DNA of 64,000 nucleotides from Mobula hypostoma. Taxonomy: Eukaryota. Made by a program: the position numbers and the translations under genes. Location of the stretch: contig NC_086097.1 of the NCBI RefSeq assembly GCF_963921235.1, positions 152,956,001 to 153,020,000 of the forward strand, given 5' to 3'. Under the pieces are notes generated by a model that was not told the DNA's origin, ran no database searches, and saw only the letters and a program-made list of their open reading frames with translations. This document shows, piece by piece, positions 1-13,420 of this stretch (the stretch's first letter is position 1; every line of letters starts with the position of its first letter).

Positions 1-2175
1 GTGGGTAGAGTTAAGAAACTTCGAGGCTTGAAGGAAGGACCCTGATGGGAGTTATAAACAGGTCTTTGTACAGTAGCCAGAACGAGGGCTACAAATTACA
101 ATGACATATAGAAAATGCATTTCAAAAGGACAATGTTACAATAGTCATGGGAAATTTCAATATGCAGATAGATTTGGAAGATCAGGTTGGTGCTGATTTT
201 GGATCCCAAAAGAGAAATGTTGTAGTATTCCTACGAGATGGCTTAGAACAGCTTGGCTTTGAGCCTACTAGGGCATCAGCTATTCTGGATTAGGTGTTGC
301 ATAATGAACTGGATTTGATTAGGGAGCTTATATTAAAGGAATCTTTAGGAAGCAGTGATCATAATATGATAGAATTCACCCTGCAGTTTGGGAGGGAGAA
401 GATAAAGTCAGATGTATCAGCGTAAGGGAGGGGCTGGCCAAAGTTAATTGAAAGGGAACATGAGCAGGGATGATGGCAATGGCAGGATAGGTTGTAATTG
501 GAGATAGGTAAATGGAGGAAAAAATGAGTAAGTGTTTTGCATCAGTCTTCATTGTAAAAGAAAATAACAATATTCAAGAAGTTCGTGAGTGTCAAGAAGC
601 AGAAGAGAGTGCAATTGCTATTACTACGGAGAAAGTAAATGGGAAGATGAAAGGTCTGGAGGTAGATATGTCAACTCTACCAGATGGACTACATCCTGGC
701 TTTTCAAAGAGGTAGCTGAAGAGTTTGTGGAGGCATTAGTAATGATCTTCAAAGAATCAATAAATTCTGGCATGATTTTGGAGGACTGAAATATTGCAAA
801 TGTCACTCTACTCTTCAAGAAGGGAGGGAAGCAGAGAAAGGAAATAATAGGCCAGTTATCCTGAGTAGAGAGGTTCGGAACATATTAGAGGCAATTGTTA
901 AGGAAGAAGTTTCCGGATACTTGGAGGCACATGATGAAATAGGCCAAAGTCAGCATGATTTTCTGTAGGGAAAATATTGCCTGACAAATCTATTGGAATC
1001 CTTGAGGAAATAACGAACAGGATAGCCAAAGGAGAATTGGTTGATGTTATGTAATTGGATTTTCATAAGGCCTTTGACAAGGTTCTTCACACAAGACTGC
1101 TTCGTTAGATAAGAGCCCATAGAATTACAGCTAAGTTATTACTATGGATAGAGGAATAGTTGGTTGGCAGGAGGCAAAGAGTGGGAATGAAGGGAGCCTT
1201 TTCTGATTGGCTGAAGTTGATTAGTGATGTTTCACAGGTGTAAGTGTTGAGACAACTTCTTTTTACATTATATGCCAATGACTTAGATAATGGAATTGAT
1301 GAGTTTGTGACCAAGTTTGTGGATACGAAGATAGGTGGAAGGGCCGGTAGTAGAGAGGAAACAAGGATGCTGCAGAATGACTCAGACAGATTCGGAGAAT
1401 GGGCAAAGAAATGGCAGATGGAAACAGGGTTGGGAAGTGTATGGTCATGGGTAGACCATTTTCTAAACAGAGAGAACATTCAAAACTCCAAGGTGATTTT
1501 GGAGTCTTTGTGCAGTATTCCCTAAAGGTTAACTCACAGGTTGAGTTGGTAGTGTGGAAGGTAAATGCAATGTTAGCATTCATTCCGAGAGGAATAGAAT
1601 ATAAATAAAAAACAAGGATGTAATAATGAGGCTTTAGAAGGCATTTGTGAGGCATCACTTGTAGTATTGTGAACAGATTTCGGCCTCTTAACTAAAAAAG
1701 GATGTCCTGACATTGGAGAGATTTCAAAGAAGGTTCAAAAAATGCTTCTGGTAGTGAAAAAAATATCATTTGAGGAGTGTTTGATGCCTCTGGACCTGTA
1801 TTCACTGGAATTTAGAAGAATGATAGTGATCTCATTGAAACTCATTGAATGTTGAAAGAGCTATATAGACTGAATGTGGGGAGTATGTTTCCTATGGTGG
1901 AGGAGTGCAGGACACAGGGTTCAGCCATCCACTTAGAACAGAAATGAAGAGGAAATTCTGTAGCCAGAGGGTGGTGAATCCGAGAAACTTGCTGCCAAAG
2001 GCAACTGTGGAGGCTAGATCACTGTGTGTATTTAAGGTGGAGTTTGGTAGGTTCTTAATTAGTCAGGGAGAAGGCAGGAGAATGGGGTCAAGAGGGAAAT
2101 GGCACAGTCATGATGAATGGCAGAGTGGACTCGATGGGCAGGTTGCCTCAATTCTGCTCCTATGTCTTATCATCT
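1..2175 (+). mobile_element. Decayed CR1 LINE (ORF2 endonuclease to RT fragments plus 3' tail)
   Basis: Broken frames with CR1 RT motifs (LYANDLDNGIDEFVTKFVDTKIGG; gattttcataaggcctttgacaaggtt); ends in the CR1 tail attctgctcctatgtcttat at ~2151-2170. Confidence 0.9.
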
Positions 2176-2842
2176 AAGGACAGGGTAAGCTGCCTCGATG
2201 ACATATGCCTGGAGCACTCGCATCTACCATAGTGAAGTACTTTGACATGATAGTTATGGCTAGAATTAACTCTTGCCTATTGTCAGAGAAAATATAACAG
2301 CGGTGCTTTGGCAAGATAGATTAGAGGACTCGTCCAGGGAGGTTATTTGGGTGGAATTGAGGAATGAGAAAGGTGTAGTAACGCTTATAGCGGTGTATTA
2401 TAGACAACCTAATGGGGAGTGAGAATTGGAGGAGCAAATTTGTAAGGAGAAAGCAGATATTTGTAGTAAGCACAAGGTTGTGATTGTGGGAGATTTTACT
2501 TTTCCACACATAGCCTGGGAAGCCCATTCTGTAAAAGGGCTGGATGGTTTGGAGTTGGTAAAATGTGTGCAAGATAGTATTTTGCAGGAATACATAGAGG
2601 TACCAACTAGAGAAGGGGCTGTGTTGGATCTCCTGTTAGCAAATGAGATGGGCAGGTGACCAAGGTATGTGTTGGGGTGCACTTCAGGTCCAGTGATCGC
2701 AATGCCATTAGTTTCAATGTAATTATAGAGAAGGATAGGACTGGACCCAGGGTTGAGATTTTTCATTGGAGAAAGGCTATCTTTGAGGAGATGCGAAAGG
2801 ATTTAGAAGGAGTGGATTGGGACATCTTATTTTATAGGAAGG

Positions 2843-4140
2843 TGTCATGGTCCGGTCCATGAAGTCCACATTCCGGTTCACGGTCCAATCCGTGCCTCAG
2901 GACTCCGGGTCTTCCAGCTGTCCCTCGTTTGATTGAGTTAAGCATAGGCACCTGATTCCCATCTTGGGGCTTTGAATATATGTAGCCTTGAGTATGGGCT
3001 GCTGATTTGTTTTGTCAAGATCCCCTTGGAGCAACCTGCCGGTGGGAGGCTACAGCTACCAATTGCCATCTTTAGGCTGTGTTGGGGAACCATCCCCTCA
3101 TGGAGCCTTTCTGTCAGTAGTCAGATCTGTCTTTGTGGTATGGATTCGGCTGTTTCCTGGGCCAGCTGAGTGGCTGCCAGCTACTCTGAGCTAAGTAGGG
3201 ATCTGGCTGTTTCTGTAGCCAGCCGAGGTTGCTGGCTGAACTGAGACTCGGAGCTACCCTGGAGCAGAAATGGAACTGTCTGTTGTTCTTTGGTGTTTGT
3301 CTCTTCTTGTGCTCGCCTCTGTGGGGTAAGTCAGGCTGTTCTGCCGTTGCTCTGCGGAGGGTCCTGTCTTGTCCTTGCCTCCATGGGGTAAGCCAGACTG
3401 TTTTGCTGTTGCCGTGCGAGGGGATCTGTCTTGTCTTGTCTTCACCTCTGTTGGGTAAGTCTGGCTGTTCTGCTGTTACCTGATGGAGAGACCTGTCCCA
3501 CCTTGGTGTGGAGATGAAGTTAAGTCCCGGCTTGTCTTAGGATAAGTCCCGGCTCTATGTCTATGTTCTGTTCTGTCTCATGTTAGTGTTGTGTTAATGA
3601 TGAGTCCCGGCTTTTTGAAGGACAAGTCCCTGCTCTATGTTAATGTTCAGTTCCCAGTTGGTCTCTCAGCTCCAGCCTCCAAATTATCAGCCTCCGTATT
3701 CCAAGAACCCAAGCCTCGAAGATCCCACAGCCAAGCTCCAAGAACCCAAGCCAGAAGACCAAGACCCCAGCCTCAAGCCTGAAGACCAAGATCCCAAGCC
3801 AAGCTCAAGACCAAGACCCCAGCCTGCAGCCCCAAGCCTCTAGACCCCAGCCACATCCTGTCCCGTAGTCATGTCATATCCTTGCCTGGTTCTGGGGTCC
3901 GTGCCTGAGGCAAGACTCAGGTTCTGGGTCCTTGTCCAGTCTCTGGCTCGGAGCCTAAGCCCAGGCTCCTAGTGCATAGTTCCTTGTCTAGGTTCCCTGT
4001 CTTGTCCGTGCCCTAGCATAAGTCTGTATTCTTGTCCCTGCTCTTTGTCTGTATCCGGTCACCTCTAGTCAAGTCCTGTTCCTTGTACGTCAGTGTCCGT
4101 GTCTCGCATTTGGGTCTGTTCCCAGCACCCCATTGTGACA
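2843..4140. mobile_element. Solo LTR (1298 bp) inserted in CR1
   Basis: Termini TGTCA...TGACA; exact 5-bp TSD GAAGG (2838-2842, 4141-4145); removal restores the CR1 frame FYRK-DVIEKLRSFKDE. Confidence 0.9.
3700..3852 (+). repeat. Imperfect minisatellite inside the solo LTR
   Basis: Repeated ccaagacccc/agcctcaagcc units; a second ~62-bp imperfect repeat lies at ~3310-3500. Confidence 0.8.
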
Positions 4141-6480
4141 GAAGGATGTAATAGAGAAATTGAGGTCATTTAAAGATGAAATTTTGAGGGTACAGGATCT
4201 TTATGTTCCTGTTAGATTGAAAGGAAAGGTTAAAAGTATGAGAGAGCCATTGTTTTCAAGGGATATTGGAAAATTTGTTCAGAGAAAGGGAGGGATCTAC
4301 AATAAATATAGGCAGTTTGGAGTAAATGAGGTGCTTGAGGAATATAAAGAATGTAAAAAGAATCTTAAGAAAGAAATTAGAAAAGCTAAAAGAAGATATG
4401 AGGCTGCTTTGGTAAGTAAAGTGAAAATAAATCCAAAGGGTTTCTACATTTATATTAATAGCAAAAGGATAGTGAGGGATAAAATTTGTCCCTTAGAGAA
4501 TCAGAGTGGACAGCTATGTGCGGAGCCAAAAGAGATGGGGGAGATTTTGATCAATTTCTTTTCTTCGGTATTCACTAAGGAGAAGGATATTGAATTGTGT
4601 AAGGTAAGGGAAACAAGAAGACTAGTAATGGAAAGTATTATGATTAAAGAGGAGGAAGTACTGGTGCTTTTAAGGAATACAAAAGTGGTTAAGTCTCTGG
4701 GTCCGGACAGGATATTCCCTAGGACCTTGAGGTAAGTGTGGAAATAGCAGGGGCTCTGACAGAAATATTTCAAATGTCATTAGAAACGGGGATGGTGCCG
4801 GAGGATTGGCATATTGTTCATGTTGTTCCATTGTTTAAAAGGGTTCTAAGAGTAAACCTAGCAATTATCGGCCTGTGAGTTTGATGTCAGTGGTGGGTAA
4901 ATTGATGGAAAGTATATTTAGAGATGGTATATATAATTATCTGGATAGACAGGGTCTGATTAGGAACAGTCAACATGGATTTGTGCATGGAAGGTCATGT
5001 TTGACAAATCTTATTGAAATTTTTGAAGAGGTTTCTAGGAAAGTTGACAAGGGTAAAGCAGTGGATGTTGTCTATATGGACTTCAGTAAGGCCTTTGACA
5101 AGGTTCCACATGGAAGTTTAGTTAGGAAGGTTCTATCATTAGGTATTAATATCGAAGTAGTAAAATGGATTCAGCAGTGGCTGGATAGGAGATGCCAGAG
5201 AGTAGTGGTGGATAACTGTTTGTCAGATTGGAGGCTGGTGTTTAGTGGTGTGCTTCAGGGATCTGTACAGGGTCCAATGTTTGTCATATATATTAATGAT
5301 CTGGATGATGGGGTGGTAAATTGGATTAATAAGTATGCAGATGATACTAAGATAGGTGGAGTTGTGGATAATGAAGTAGGTTTTCAAAGCTTGCAGAGAG
5401 ATTTAGGCCAGTTAGTAGAGTGGTCTGAAAGATGGCAGATGGAGTTTAATGCTGATAAATGTGAGGTGCTACCTTTTGGGAGGACTAACCAAAATAGAAC
5501 ATACATGGTAAATGGTAGGGCATTGAAGAATGCAGTAGAACAGAGGGATCTAGGAATAATGGTGCATAGTTCCCTGAAGGTGGAATCTCATGTGGATAAG
5601 GTAGTGAAGAAAGCTTTTGGTATGCTGGCCTTTATAAATCAGAGCATTGAGTATAGGAGTTGGGATGTAATGTTGAAATTGTACAAGGCATTGGTAAGGC
5701 CAAATTTGGAGTATTGTGTACATTTCTGGTCACCGAATTACAGGAAGGATGTCAACAAAATTGAGAGAGTACAGAGGAGATTTACTAGAATGTTGCCTGA
5801 GTTTCATCACCTAAGTTACAGAGAAAGGTTGAACAAGTTGGGTCTTTATTCTTTGGAGCATAGAAGGCTGAGGGGGGACTTGATAGAGGTATTTAAAATT
5901 ATGAGAGGGATAGATAGAGTTGATGTGGATAGGCTTTTTCCATTGAGAGTGGGGGAGATTCAAATTAGAGGACATGAGTTGAGAGTTAAAGGGCAAAAGT
6001 TTAGGGGTAACATGAGGGGGAACTACTTTACTCAGAGTGGTAGCTGTGTGGAACGAGCTTCCAGCAGAAATGGTTGAGGCAGGTTCGATGTTGTCATTTA
6101 AAGTTAAGTTGGACAGCTGTATGGACAGGAAAGGAATGGAGGGTTATGGGCTGAGTGCAGGTCGGTGGGGCTAGGTGAGAGTAAGAGTTCGGCATGGACT
6201 AGAAGGGCCGAGATGGCTTGTTTCCATTCTGTAATTGTTATATGGTTATTTGGTTAAATTATGTTCATTTTCTTATTTAAAACTTTATACTTATCTGTAA
6301 GAAATCCTGAAAGGTCCTTTGACTACCACATCAGAGATTTACCTTTCCTGATTAAACAATTCATGATCTTTTGTAGCCTGGTCTGTCACTGATTTCACAA
6401 TACCTTGACCTAGACAGTAATCTTTTGTGAAATGATACACTGCATCATTGTATCCAATGCTGCCGTATGTTCAATTTGTC

Positions 6481-6757
6481 CCGGTAGCATAGTGGTTAGC
6501 ATGACGCTGTTATAGCTTGCAGCGTCAGAGTTCAATCCCGGCATCCTCTGGAGGGAGTTTGTACATCCCTGTGGAACGTATGAGTTTCCACTAGGTGTAC
6601 TACTTCCACAATCCAAAGACAGACCGGCTAGTAGATTAACTGGTCATTGGAAATTGTCCTGTGAATAGCCAAGGATTAAATCGGTGGGTTGCTGGTGGCA
6701 CAGATCAAAGGGATGGATGTGTCAATTCCTCGCTGTTTCTCTCAATAAATAAGTAAA
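6481..6757 (+). mobile_element. tRNA-derived V-SINE (HE1-like)
   Basis: Box A TAGCATAGTGG 6485-6495, box B GAGTTCAATCCC 6528-6539, V-domain-like gagtttgtac...tccaaagac, A-rich end. Confidence 0.85.
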
Positions 6758-6879
6758 ATGTCCAGTCTATATGTAGTTTAGGATTTCCCTTGATTATTTC
6801 ATTAACCTGTTGGATACAACTTTATTTTCCTGAGTTACATTATGCCCTCCAAAATTACTGCTATTTGGGAGCCGATTTG

Positions 6880-7428
6880 GGGTACCGTGGAGAGCATTCT
6901 GACAGGCTGCATCACTGTGTGGTATGGAGGGGCTACTGCATAGGACCGAAAGAAGCTGCAGAAGGTTACTAATCTAGTCAGCTCCATCTTGAGCACTAAC
7001 CTACAAAGTACCCAAGACATCTTTAGGAAGTGGTGTCTCAGAAAAGCAGCATCCATATTAAGGACCTCCAGCACCCAGGGCATGCCCTTTTCTCACTGTT
7101 ACCAACATGTGGGAGATACAGAAGCCTGAAGGTACACACTCAGCAATTCAGGAACAGCTTCTTCCCCTCTGCCGTCCAATTCCTAAATGGACATTGAAGC
7201 TTTGGACACTACCTCACTTTTTAAAATATACAGTATTTCTGTTTTTGCACATTTTAAAAAATCTATTCAAGATACATAATTGATTTACTTGTACATTTCT
7301 TATTATGTTTTATTTTATTTATTATGATTAATTTTTGCTCTCGCTAGATTATGTATAGCACTGAACAGCTGCTGCTAGGTTGACAAATTTCAGGTGACTA
7401 GCTGGTGATAATAAACCTGATTCTGACT
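6880..7428 (+). mobile_element. Rex1/Babar LINE 3' fragment
   Basis: Encodes TVESILTGCITVWYG and HPGHALFSLLP; tail ataataaacctgattctga. Confidence 0.85.
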
Positions 7429-7735
7429 TCCGATTTCCATCGTCCATTAATATTGAATCTTTCCTACAGCCACTCAATTTCATAGATTCTAGTTCTTGAT
7501 TTTCTGAGCTAAGACCCTTCCACTTCTCTCATTTTTATCTCTTTTTAAATATCAGGATCATCATTTTCCATTGTTCTCATTTCTCCTAAAGTTACATGTC
7601 CTGAAATATTTAATTAACTACTTCTTTGTAATTGCTATTTGACTGTCTCCCTTTATTCCCGCTTTCGCCATTAATTGTCTCCGTGTTAAACCTGTTGCCT
7701 GCATTTCAATAAAGGCCGTTCATTTTTCTTTCTTT

Positions 7736-8990
7736 TCAAGATTCAAGATCATTTATTGTCGTTCTTCAGTACACGAGTGTAAAGGAGAATGAAATGATCG
7801 TTGCTTTAGATCTGATGCAGCATAATAAGCACACAATAAGCACAAAGAACATAATTAAAAAACAACACAAAACACAAGGTACTAGTAACTCTTATATACA
7901 TGGACACATTGTACATACATAAAGTGACACTAAGTGACGTGTGTGTAGTGGTGGTGGGGTGGGTTAATGGCTGGAGGTGTTGAGTCTGTTTGTTTGGAGT
8001 GCATGTTGTATAGCTTCTTCCCTGATGGGAATCCATAACCAGGGTGAGTAGGTTTCTTTATGATATTGCTAGACATTTTCCTGCACCTTTTGATCGATGG
8101 TGGCTAGGCTAGTACCAGTGACGTAGTGGGCAGTTTTAATTACCTGTTACAGACAGTTCCTGTCTGTCACTGCCTGTATCTGAGTGATACAGCATGATAG
8201 GATGCTCTCCTCTGCGCATCTGTAGAAGGTCATGTGTATTGGTGTGCACAATCCAGCTTTCTTCTGTCTCCTCAAAGTAGAGGTGTTGGTGAGCTTTCTT
8301 GACTGTGGAGGGTGTGTTCTGGGAACATGAGAGTTTGTATGAGATGTGCACTCCCAGCAGTTTGAAACTGCTTGCAGTTTCTATTGCTGTTCCACTGATG
8401 TAATGAGGGGTGTGAGTGGTGTGGGTTTTCTTGAAGTTGATAACCATCTCCTTTGCCTTGTTGACATTGAAGGAAGAGGTTATTTGCCTGGCACCAGGCT
8501 TCGATCCCTTCTACCCCCTCTCTGTAAGCCATCCCATCATTATTTGTGATGAGTCCCATCTCTATCGTGTCATCGTGTCAATGTGATTGCTCAGGTGTTT
8601 GGCCATGCAGTCTTGTGTGAGCAGAATGTACAACAATGGACTTAGCATAAAACCTTGGAGAGCACCCATGTAGAGGATGATGGGGAGGAAGAAGCCGGAC
8701 CCATGGTGATTGTCCAAGATCTGTTAGTGAAGAAGTGCAACATCCAGTTGCCAAGTGGTGTACTGAGACAGAGGAGTAGGAGTTCGTTCAACAAGGTTTG
8801 TGGGACAGTAGTGTTGAATGCAAAACTGAAATTCTGAAAAAGTATTCCAACAAGTGTCCTTGGTTTCTACGTGTGTCAGGGCCAGGGTTGTGACAGACAT
8901 TAAAGCATCTGTCACAGAGTATCTATCAGTAAGCATATTGGTGAGTGTCCAGTGTGGCAAGAAAAACTTTTTGATGTGTGCCTTACAAGC
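7736..8990 (-). mobile_element. Rex1/Babar LINE RT-to-3' fragment
   Basis: Minus-strand SFKLLGVHISYKLS...VKKAHQHLYF and EFQFCIQHY; (CTTGAAT)n-like tail at ~7736. Confidence 0.8.
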
Positions 8991-9014
8991 AGTTAAAGTC
9001 TCGGTGATCCTGTG

Positions 9015-11884
9015 ATTTTACTCTCTGAGGCTGATGTGTGAGCAGCCTTCAGGAAGGTGAAGCCACGAAAAGGATCTGGCCCAGAAGGGATACCTGGTCA
9101 CATACAAAAAGACCTGTGCTGATCAGCTGGCTGGATTATTCACTGAGATCTTGCTTTGTTTGTTCTTGAAGAAGAATGTGGTAACCTACTCAAAGACTAT
9201 TGTCCAGTAGCACTTACATCCACAGTGATAACATGTTTTAAGAAGATAGTGATGAAGTATCACAACACCTGCCTGTGAAACATCTTGAATCCGCTCCAGT
9301 TTGCCTACCTGAGCAACAGGTCCACAGCAGGTGCCAACTCATTGGCTCTTCACTCAACCCTGGAACATCTGGACAGTAAAGATTCCTATATCAGGATGCT
9401 TTTAATCGGCCACAGCTTGGCATTCAATAACATCCTCCTCTCAAAACTAATCAATAAGCTTTAAGACATTGGCCTCAATACCTCCTTGAGCAAATGGATC
9501 TTCGATTTCCTCATTTGCAGACAGTCCAGTCAGTTCAGATTGACAAAAGCATTTCCTCCACAATCTCCATCAGCACAGGTACACCACAAGGCTGTCTGCT
9601 TAGCCACTTGCTCTACTCACTTTATACTGTGTGGCTAACAGTTCCAATTCCAGTTTGCTGATGACAACGCTGTTGTTGTCAGAATCAATGGTGGTGACGA
9701 AACAGCTGATAGGAAGGAGATTCCAAATCCAGCTGAGTGGTGCCACAACAACATGCTTTTACTTAATGTCAGCAAATCCAAGGAGCAGGTTATTGACTTC
9801 AGGAGTAGGAAACCAAAGGTTCATTATCCATTCTTCATCGGATGATCAGAGGTGGAGAGGGTCAGCCACCTTCAATTCATCAGAGTTACCATTTCAGAGG
9901 ACCTTTTCTTGGTCCATCATGTAACTGCAGTTATGAAGAAAGCACAGCAGCACCTCTACTTCCTTAGAAGTTTGCTAAGCTTCAACATGACACCTGAAGC
10001 ATTGACAACTTGTGTAGATGTGTGGTGGAGAGAATATTGACTGGCTGCATCACTGCCTGGTACGGAAACATCAATACCCTTGAACAGAAAATCCTACAGT
10101 AAGTACTGGACATGGCCCAGTCCATCACAGGTAAAGCCCTCTCCATCATTAAGCATATAAACCTGGAGCAGTGTCTCAGGAAAGCAGCATCCATCATCAA
10201 GGATCCTCACCACCATGCTCTCTTCTTGCTGCTGCCATCAGGAAGAAGGTACAGGAACCTTTGGACCCACACCATCAGGTTCAGGAACAGTTATCACCCC
10301 TCAGCTATCAGGTCCCTGAACAAGAGGGGGTAACTTCACTCACCCTATCACTGAACTGTTCACATAGCCTATGGAACAACACACACAGAATGCTGCAGGA
10401 ATGCAGCAGACCAGGCAGTGTCTATGGAAAAAAGCACAGTCAATGACTCAGGCCAAAACCCTTTGGCAGAATTGGAGAAAAAAAGCTGAGGAGTAGATTT
10501 GAAAGGTGGGGGGAGTGGGGAGAGAAACGCCAGATGAAGCAGAGAGATAGGAAGTTGATTGTTGAGAGAGACAGAAGGGCATGGAAGAAGGAAAGCGGGG
10601 TGGAGGGGGTGGAGCACCAGAGGGAGGTGATAGGCAGGCAAGGAGATAGAATGGGTGGGGTGAAAAAGAATGGGAAATGGTGAAGGGATGGGGGAGGCAT
10701 TTCTGGAAGTTTAAGAAATCAACGTTCTTGCATCATGTTGGAGGTTTCCTAAAAGGAATACAAGGTGCTGTTCCTCCAACCTAAGTGTGGCCTTATCACG
10801 ACAGTAGAGGAGGTCATGGATGGACATATTGGAATGGGAATGGAAAGCAGAATTAAAATCGGTGGCCACTGGGAGATCCCAATTGTTCTGGTGGACAGAG
10901 CGTAGATGCTTAGCGAAGCGGTCTCCCAATCTACCTCAAGTCTCACCGATATACAGGAGACCACACTGGGAGCACCAAACACAGTATATGATCCCAATAG
11001 ATTCACAGGTGAAGTGTCGCCTCACCTGGAAGGACTGTTTGGGGCCCTGAATGGTAGTGAGGGAGGAGGTGTAGGAGCAGGTGTAGCATTTGTTTTGCTT
11101 GCAAGAGGGGAGGAGGGAGATCAGTGGGGAGGGACAAATGGACAAGGGATTCGCATAAGGAGCGATCCCTGTGGAAAGCAGACAGTGGGGGGTGAGGGGG
11201 AAGATCTGTCTGACGGTGGGATCCAGCTAGAGGTGGCGAAAGTTTTGGAGAATTATGTGTTGGACACAAAGGCCGGTGGGGGTGGTAGGTGAAGACAAGA
11301 GGAACCCTATTCTTGGTAGGGTGGTGGGAGGATAGGGTAAGAGCAGACATCTGTGAAATAGAAGAGGTGCTTTTGAAGGCAGCATTGATGGTGGAGGAAG
11401 GGAAGCCCCTTACTTTGAATAAGGAGGACATCTCCTTTGTTCCAGATTGAAAAGCATCATCCTGAGAGCAGATGCAGTGGAGACAGGAATTGAGAGAAGG
11501 GGATGGTGTGTTTACAAGTAGCAGGGTGGGACGAGATACAGTCCAGGTAGCCATGAGAGTCCGTTGGTTTGTAATAGACACTGGTGGATAAGTGGAGGTA
11601 CAGAGAGTAAGATCGAGAAAGGGAAGGGAAGTGTCAAAAATTGACCAGGTGCCTATGGACTCATTTTCAAAGACTGTTTATCTTAAATTCTCAATATTTA
11701 TTGCTTATTTATTTATTATAATTGTTATTTTCTTTTATATTTACAGTTTGTCAACTCTGAGTGCAGCCTTTCATTGATTCTATTGTGTTTCTGGGATTTA
11801 CTGTGTACACCCACAAGCAAATGAATCTCAGGGTTGTATATCGTGATATGTATGTACTTTCGTAAAAACTTTACTTTGAACTTT
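9015..11884 (+). mobile_element. Rex1/Babar LINE (RT to 3' UTR), split by a Penelope insertion
   Basis: ccagtagcacttacatccacagtgat, tttgctgatgacaac (FADD), KKAQQHLYFLRSL, KAASIIKDPHH; the 3' UTR resumes at 11651; tail tttactttgaacttt. Confidence 0.9.
10376..11650 (-). mobile_element. Penelope-like element fragment (GIY-YIG endonuclease plus terminal repeat)
   Basis: PCKQNKCYTC...FTCESIGIIYCVWCSQCGLLYIGET and RFAKHLRSV...LRLEEQHLVFLLG; 9-bp TSD GCCTATGGA (10367-10375, 11651-11659). Confidence 0.92.
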
Positions 11885-12044
11885 GGTCTCTAACATGAGG
11901 TTTAACTCTGTGATTACTGAAACATGCTTGAAAAATTGATCAGATTCCCAGCATTTGTGATTATTTCAATAATATGAATTGCCCAAACTGAAAAAACAGC
12001 TCTTTTGAAAATTTTAATTTGAACACAAGTAAGTAATTGTGTTT

Positions 12045-12410
12045 TTAACAAAACGTTGCTTGGGCCATAATTAGAGTATTGAATGTAGTTCCAGTTGCTG
12101 TACTGGAGGAACGATGTAATTAAGATAGACAAGATGCAAAAAAGATTCAGAGATTTTGTCTGGATGATAGCAATTGAGATATAAGCGGAGATAGGATAGG
12201 CTGGGTCTGTTTAGATGTACCAGTTCAAAGAAAGCTGAGAGGTGACATGATAGAGGTATATAAAATTATAAAAGGTATAGATGGGATAGATAGCCAGAAT
12301 CTGTTTCCCATTGCAGGGATTCTCAAACAAAAGAGCATAGATTTAAGGTGAGGAGAGGCGCGAGCTTCAAAGGGGATCAGAGGAGTACATTTTTTACACA
12401 AGGAGTGCTG
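12045..12410 (+). mobile_element. CR1 3' fragment, highly decayed
   Basis: gctgagaggtgacatgatagaggtatataaaattat matches the CR1 RLRGDLIEVYKI region. Confidence 0.75.
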
Positions 12411-12519
12411 CCTTACTAATGGTCCTTAAATCCCACCTGTGTCTCTGGCGTCAGATAAAATTGATCCCAAGAGATGAGATGAACAGGGCATCTGCTGAAC
12501 CTTTTGAACCTTACAATTC

Positions 12520-13420
12520 ACACGCCAATGCCATATTTAAGTTTGGTGACAATACCACTGTCAAAGGTCAATCCAAAGATGGTGGTGAATCACCGTATAA
12601 GAAAGAGCTTGAAAATCTAGCTGAGTGGTGTCACAACAACAAACTCTTACTTAACGTCAGCAAGACCAAGGAGCTGATTATTGACTTTAGGGGAAGGAAA
12701 CCAGAGGTCCATGAGCCAGTCTTCATTAGTGGATCAGAGGTAGATAAGGGTCAGCAATTTTAAATTCCTCAGTGTTACTATTTTGGAGGGCCTGTCCTGG
12801 TCCCAGCTCTTTGGTGCAATTATGAAGAAAGCATTGCAGCATCTTTACTTCCTTATAAGTTTGCAAAGATTCGGCATGAAATCTAAAACTCTGACAAACT
12901 TCTATAGGTATGTGGTGGAGAGTATATTGACTGGCTGCATCACAGCCTGGAACAGAAACACCAATGCCCTTGAATGGAAAATCCTACAAAAAGTAATAGA
13001 TAGGGCTAAGTTCATCACAGGTAAAGCCCTCCCCACCACTGGGCACATCTACGTGGAATGTTGTCGCAGCAAAGCAGCATCCATCATCAGGGACCTCCAC
13101 CCCCCAGGTCATACTCTCTTCTCACTGCTGCCATCAGGATGAAGGTACAGGAGCATCAAGACTCATGCTGACAAGTTTAGGAACAATCATTATCCTTCAC
13201 AATCAGGCTCTTGAACCAAAGGGGATAACTTCACTTGACCCATCACTGAAATGTTCCCACAACTGATGGACTCACATTCAATGACTCTTCATCTCATGTT
13301 CTCAATATCCATTGCTTGCTTGCTTGCTTAGTTATTTGTTTGTTTATCTATTACTATTTCTTTGTTTGTATTTGCACAGTTTGCTGGCTTTTGCGCACTG
13401 ATTGACAGTGTCTGCACACC
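12520..13420 (+). mobile_element. Rex1/Babar LINE 3' half
   Basis: AIFKFGDNTTV...NVSKTKELIIDFR; FYRYVVESILTGCITAW; KAASIIRDLHPPGH. Confidence 0.88.

Larger units (their letters stand above)
2285..6256 (+). mobile_element. CR1 LINE with near-complete but disrupted ORF2 (APE + RT), interrupted by a solo LTR
   Basis: APE motifs VGDFTFP, PTREGAVLDLLL, SDRNAI; RT ORF 4875-6077 has QHGFVHGRSCLTNL, YMDFSKAFDKV, GVLQGS, YADD; stops or frameshifts near 2657, 4735, 4840 and 6040; tail ttatatggttatttggtta. Confidence 0.95.

Noticed and set aside
3591..3843. Pro/Gln-rich ORFs
   Set aside because: They are translations of the minisatellite inside the solo LTR.
4875..6077. 400-aa reverse transcriptase ORF as a host gene, retron or active element
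   Set aside because: It is part of CR1 ORF2, with stops and frameshifts upstream, an LTR insertion and a frameshifted C-terminus; the context is vertebrate.
10906..11581. 128-aa and 192-aa ORFs
   Set aside because: They are antisense or frameshifted readings of the Penelope remnant.
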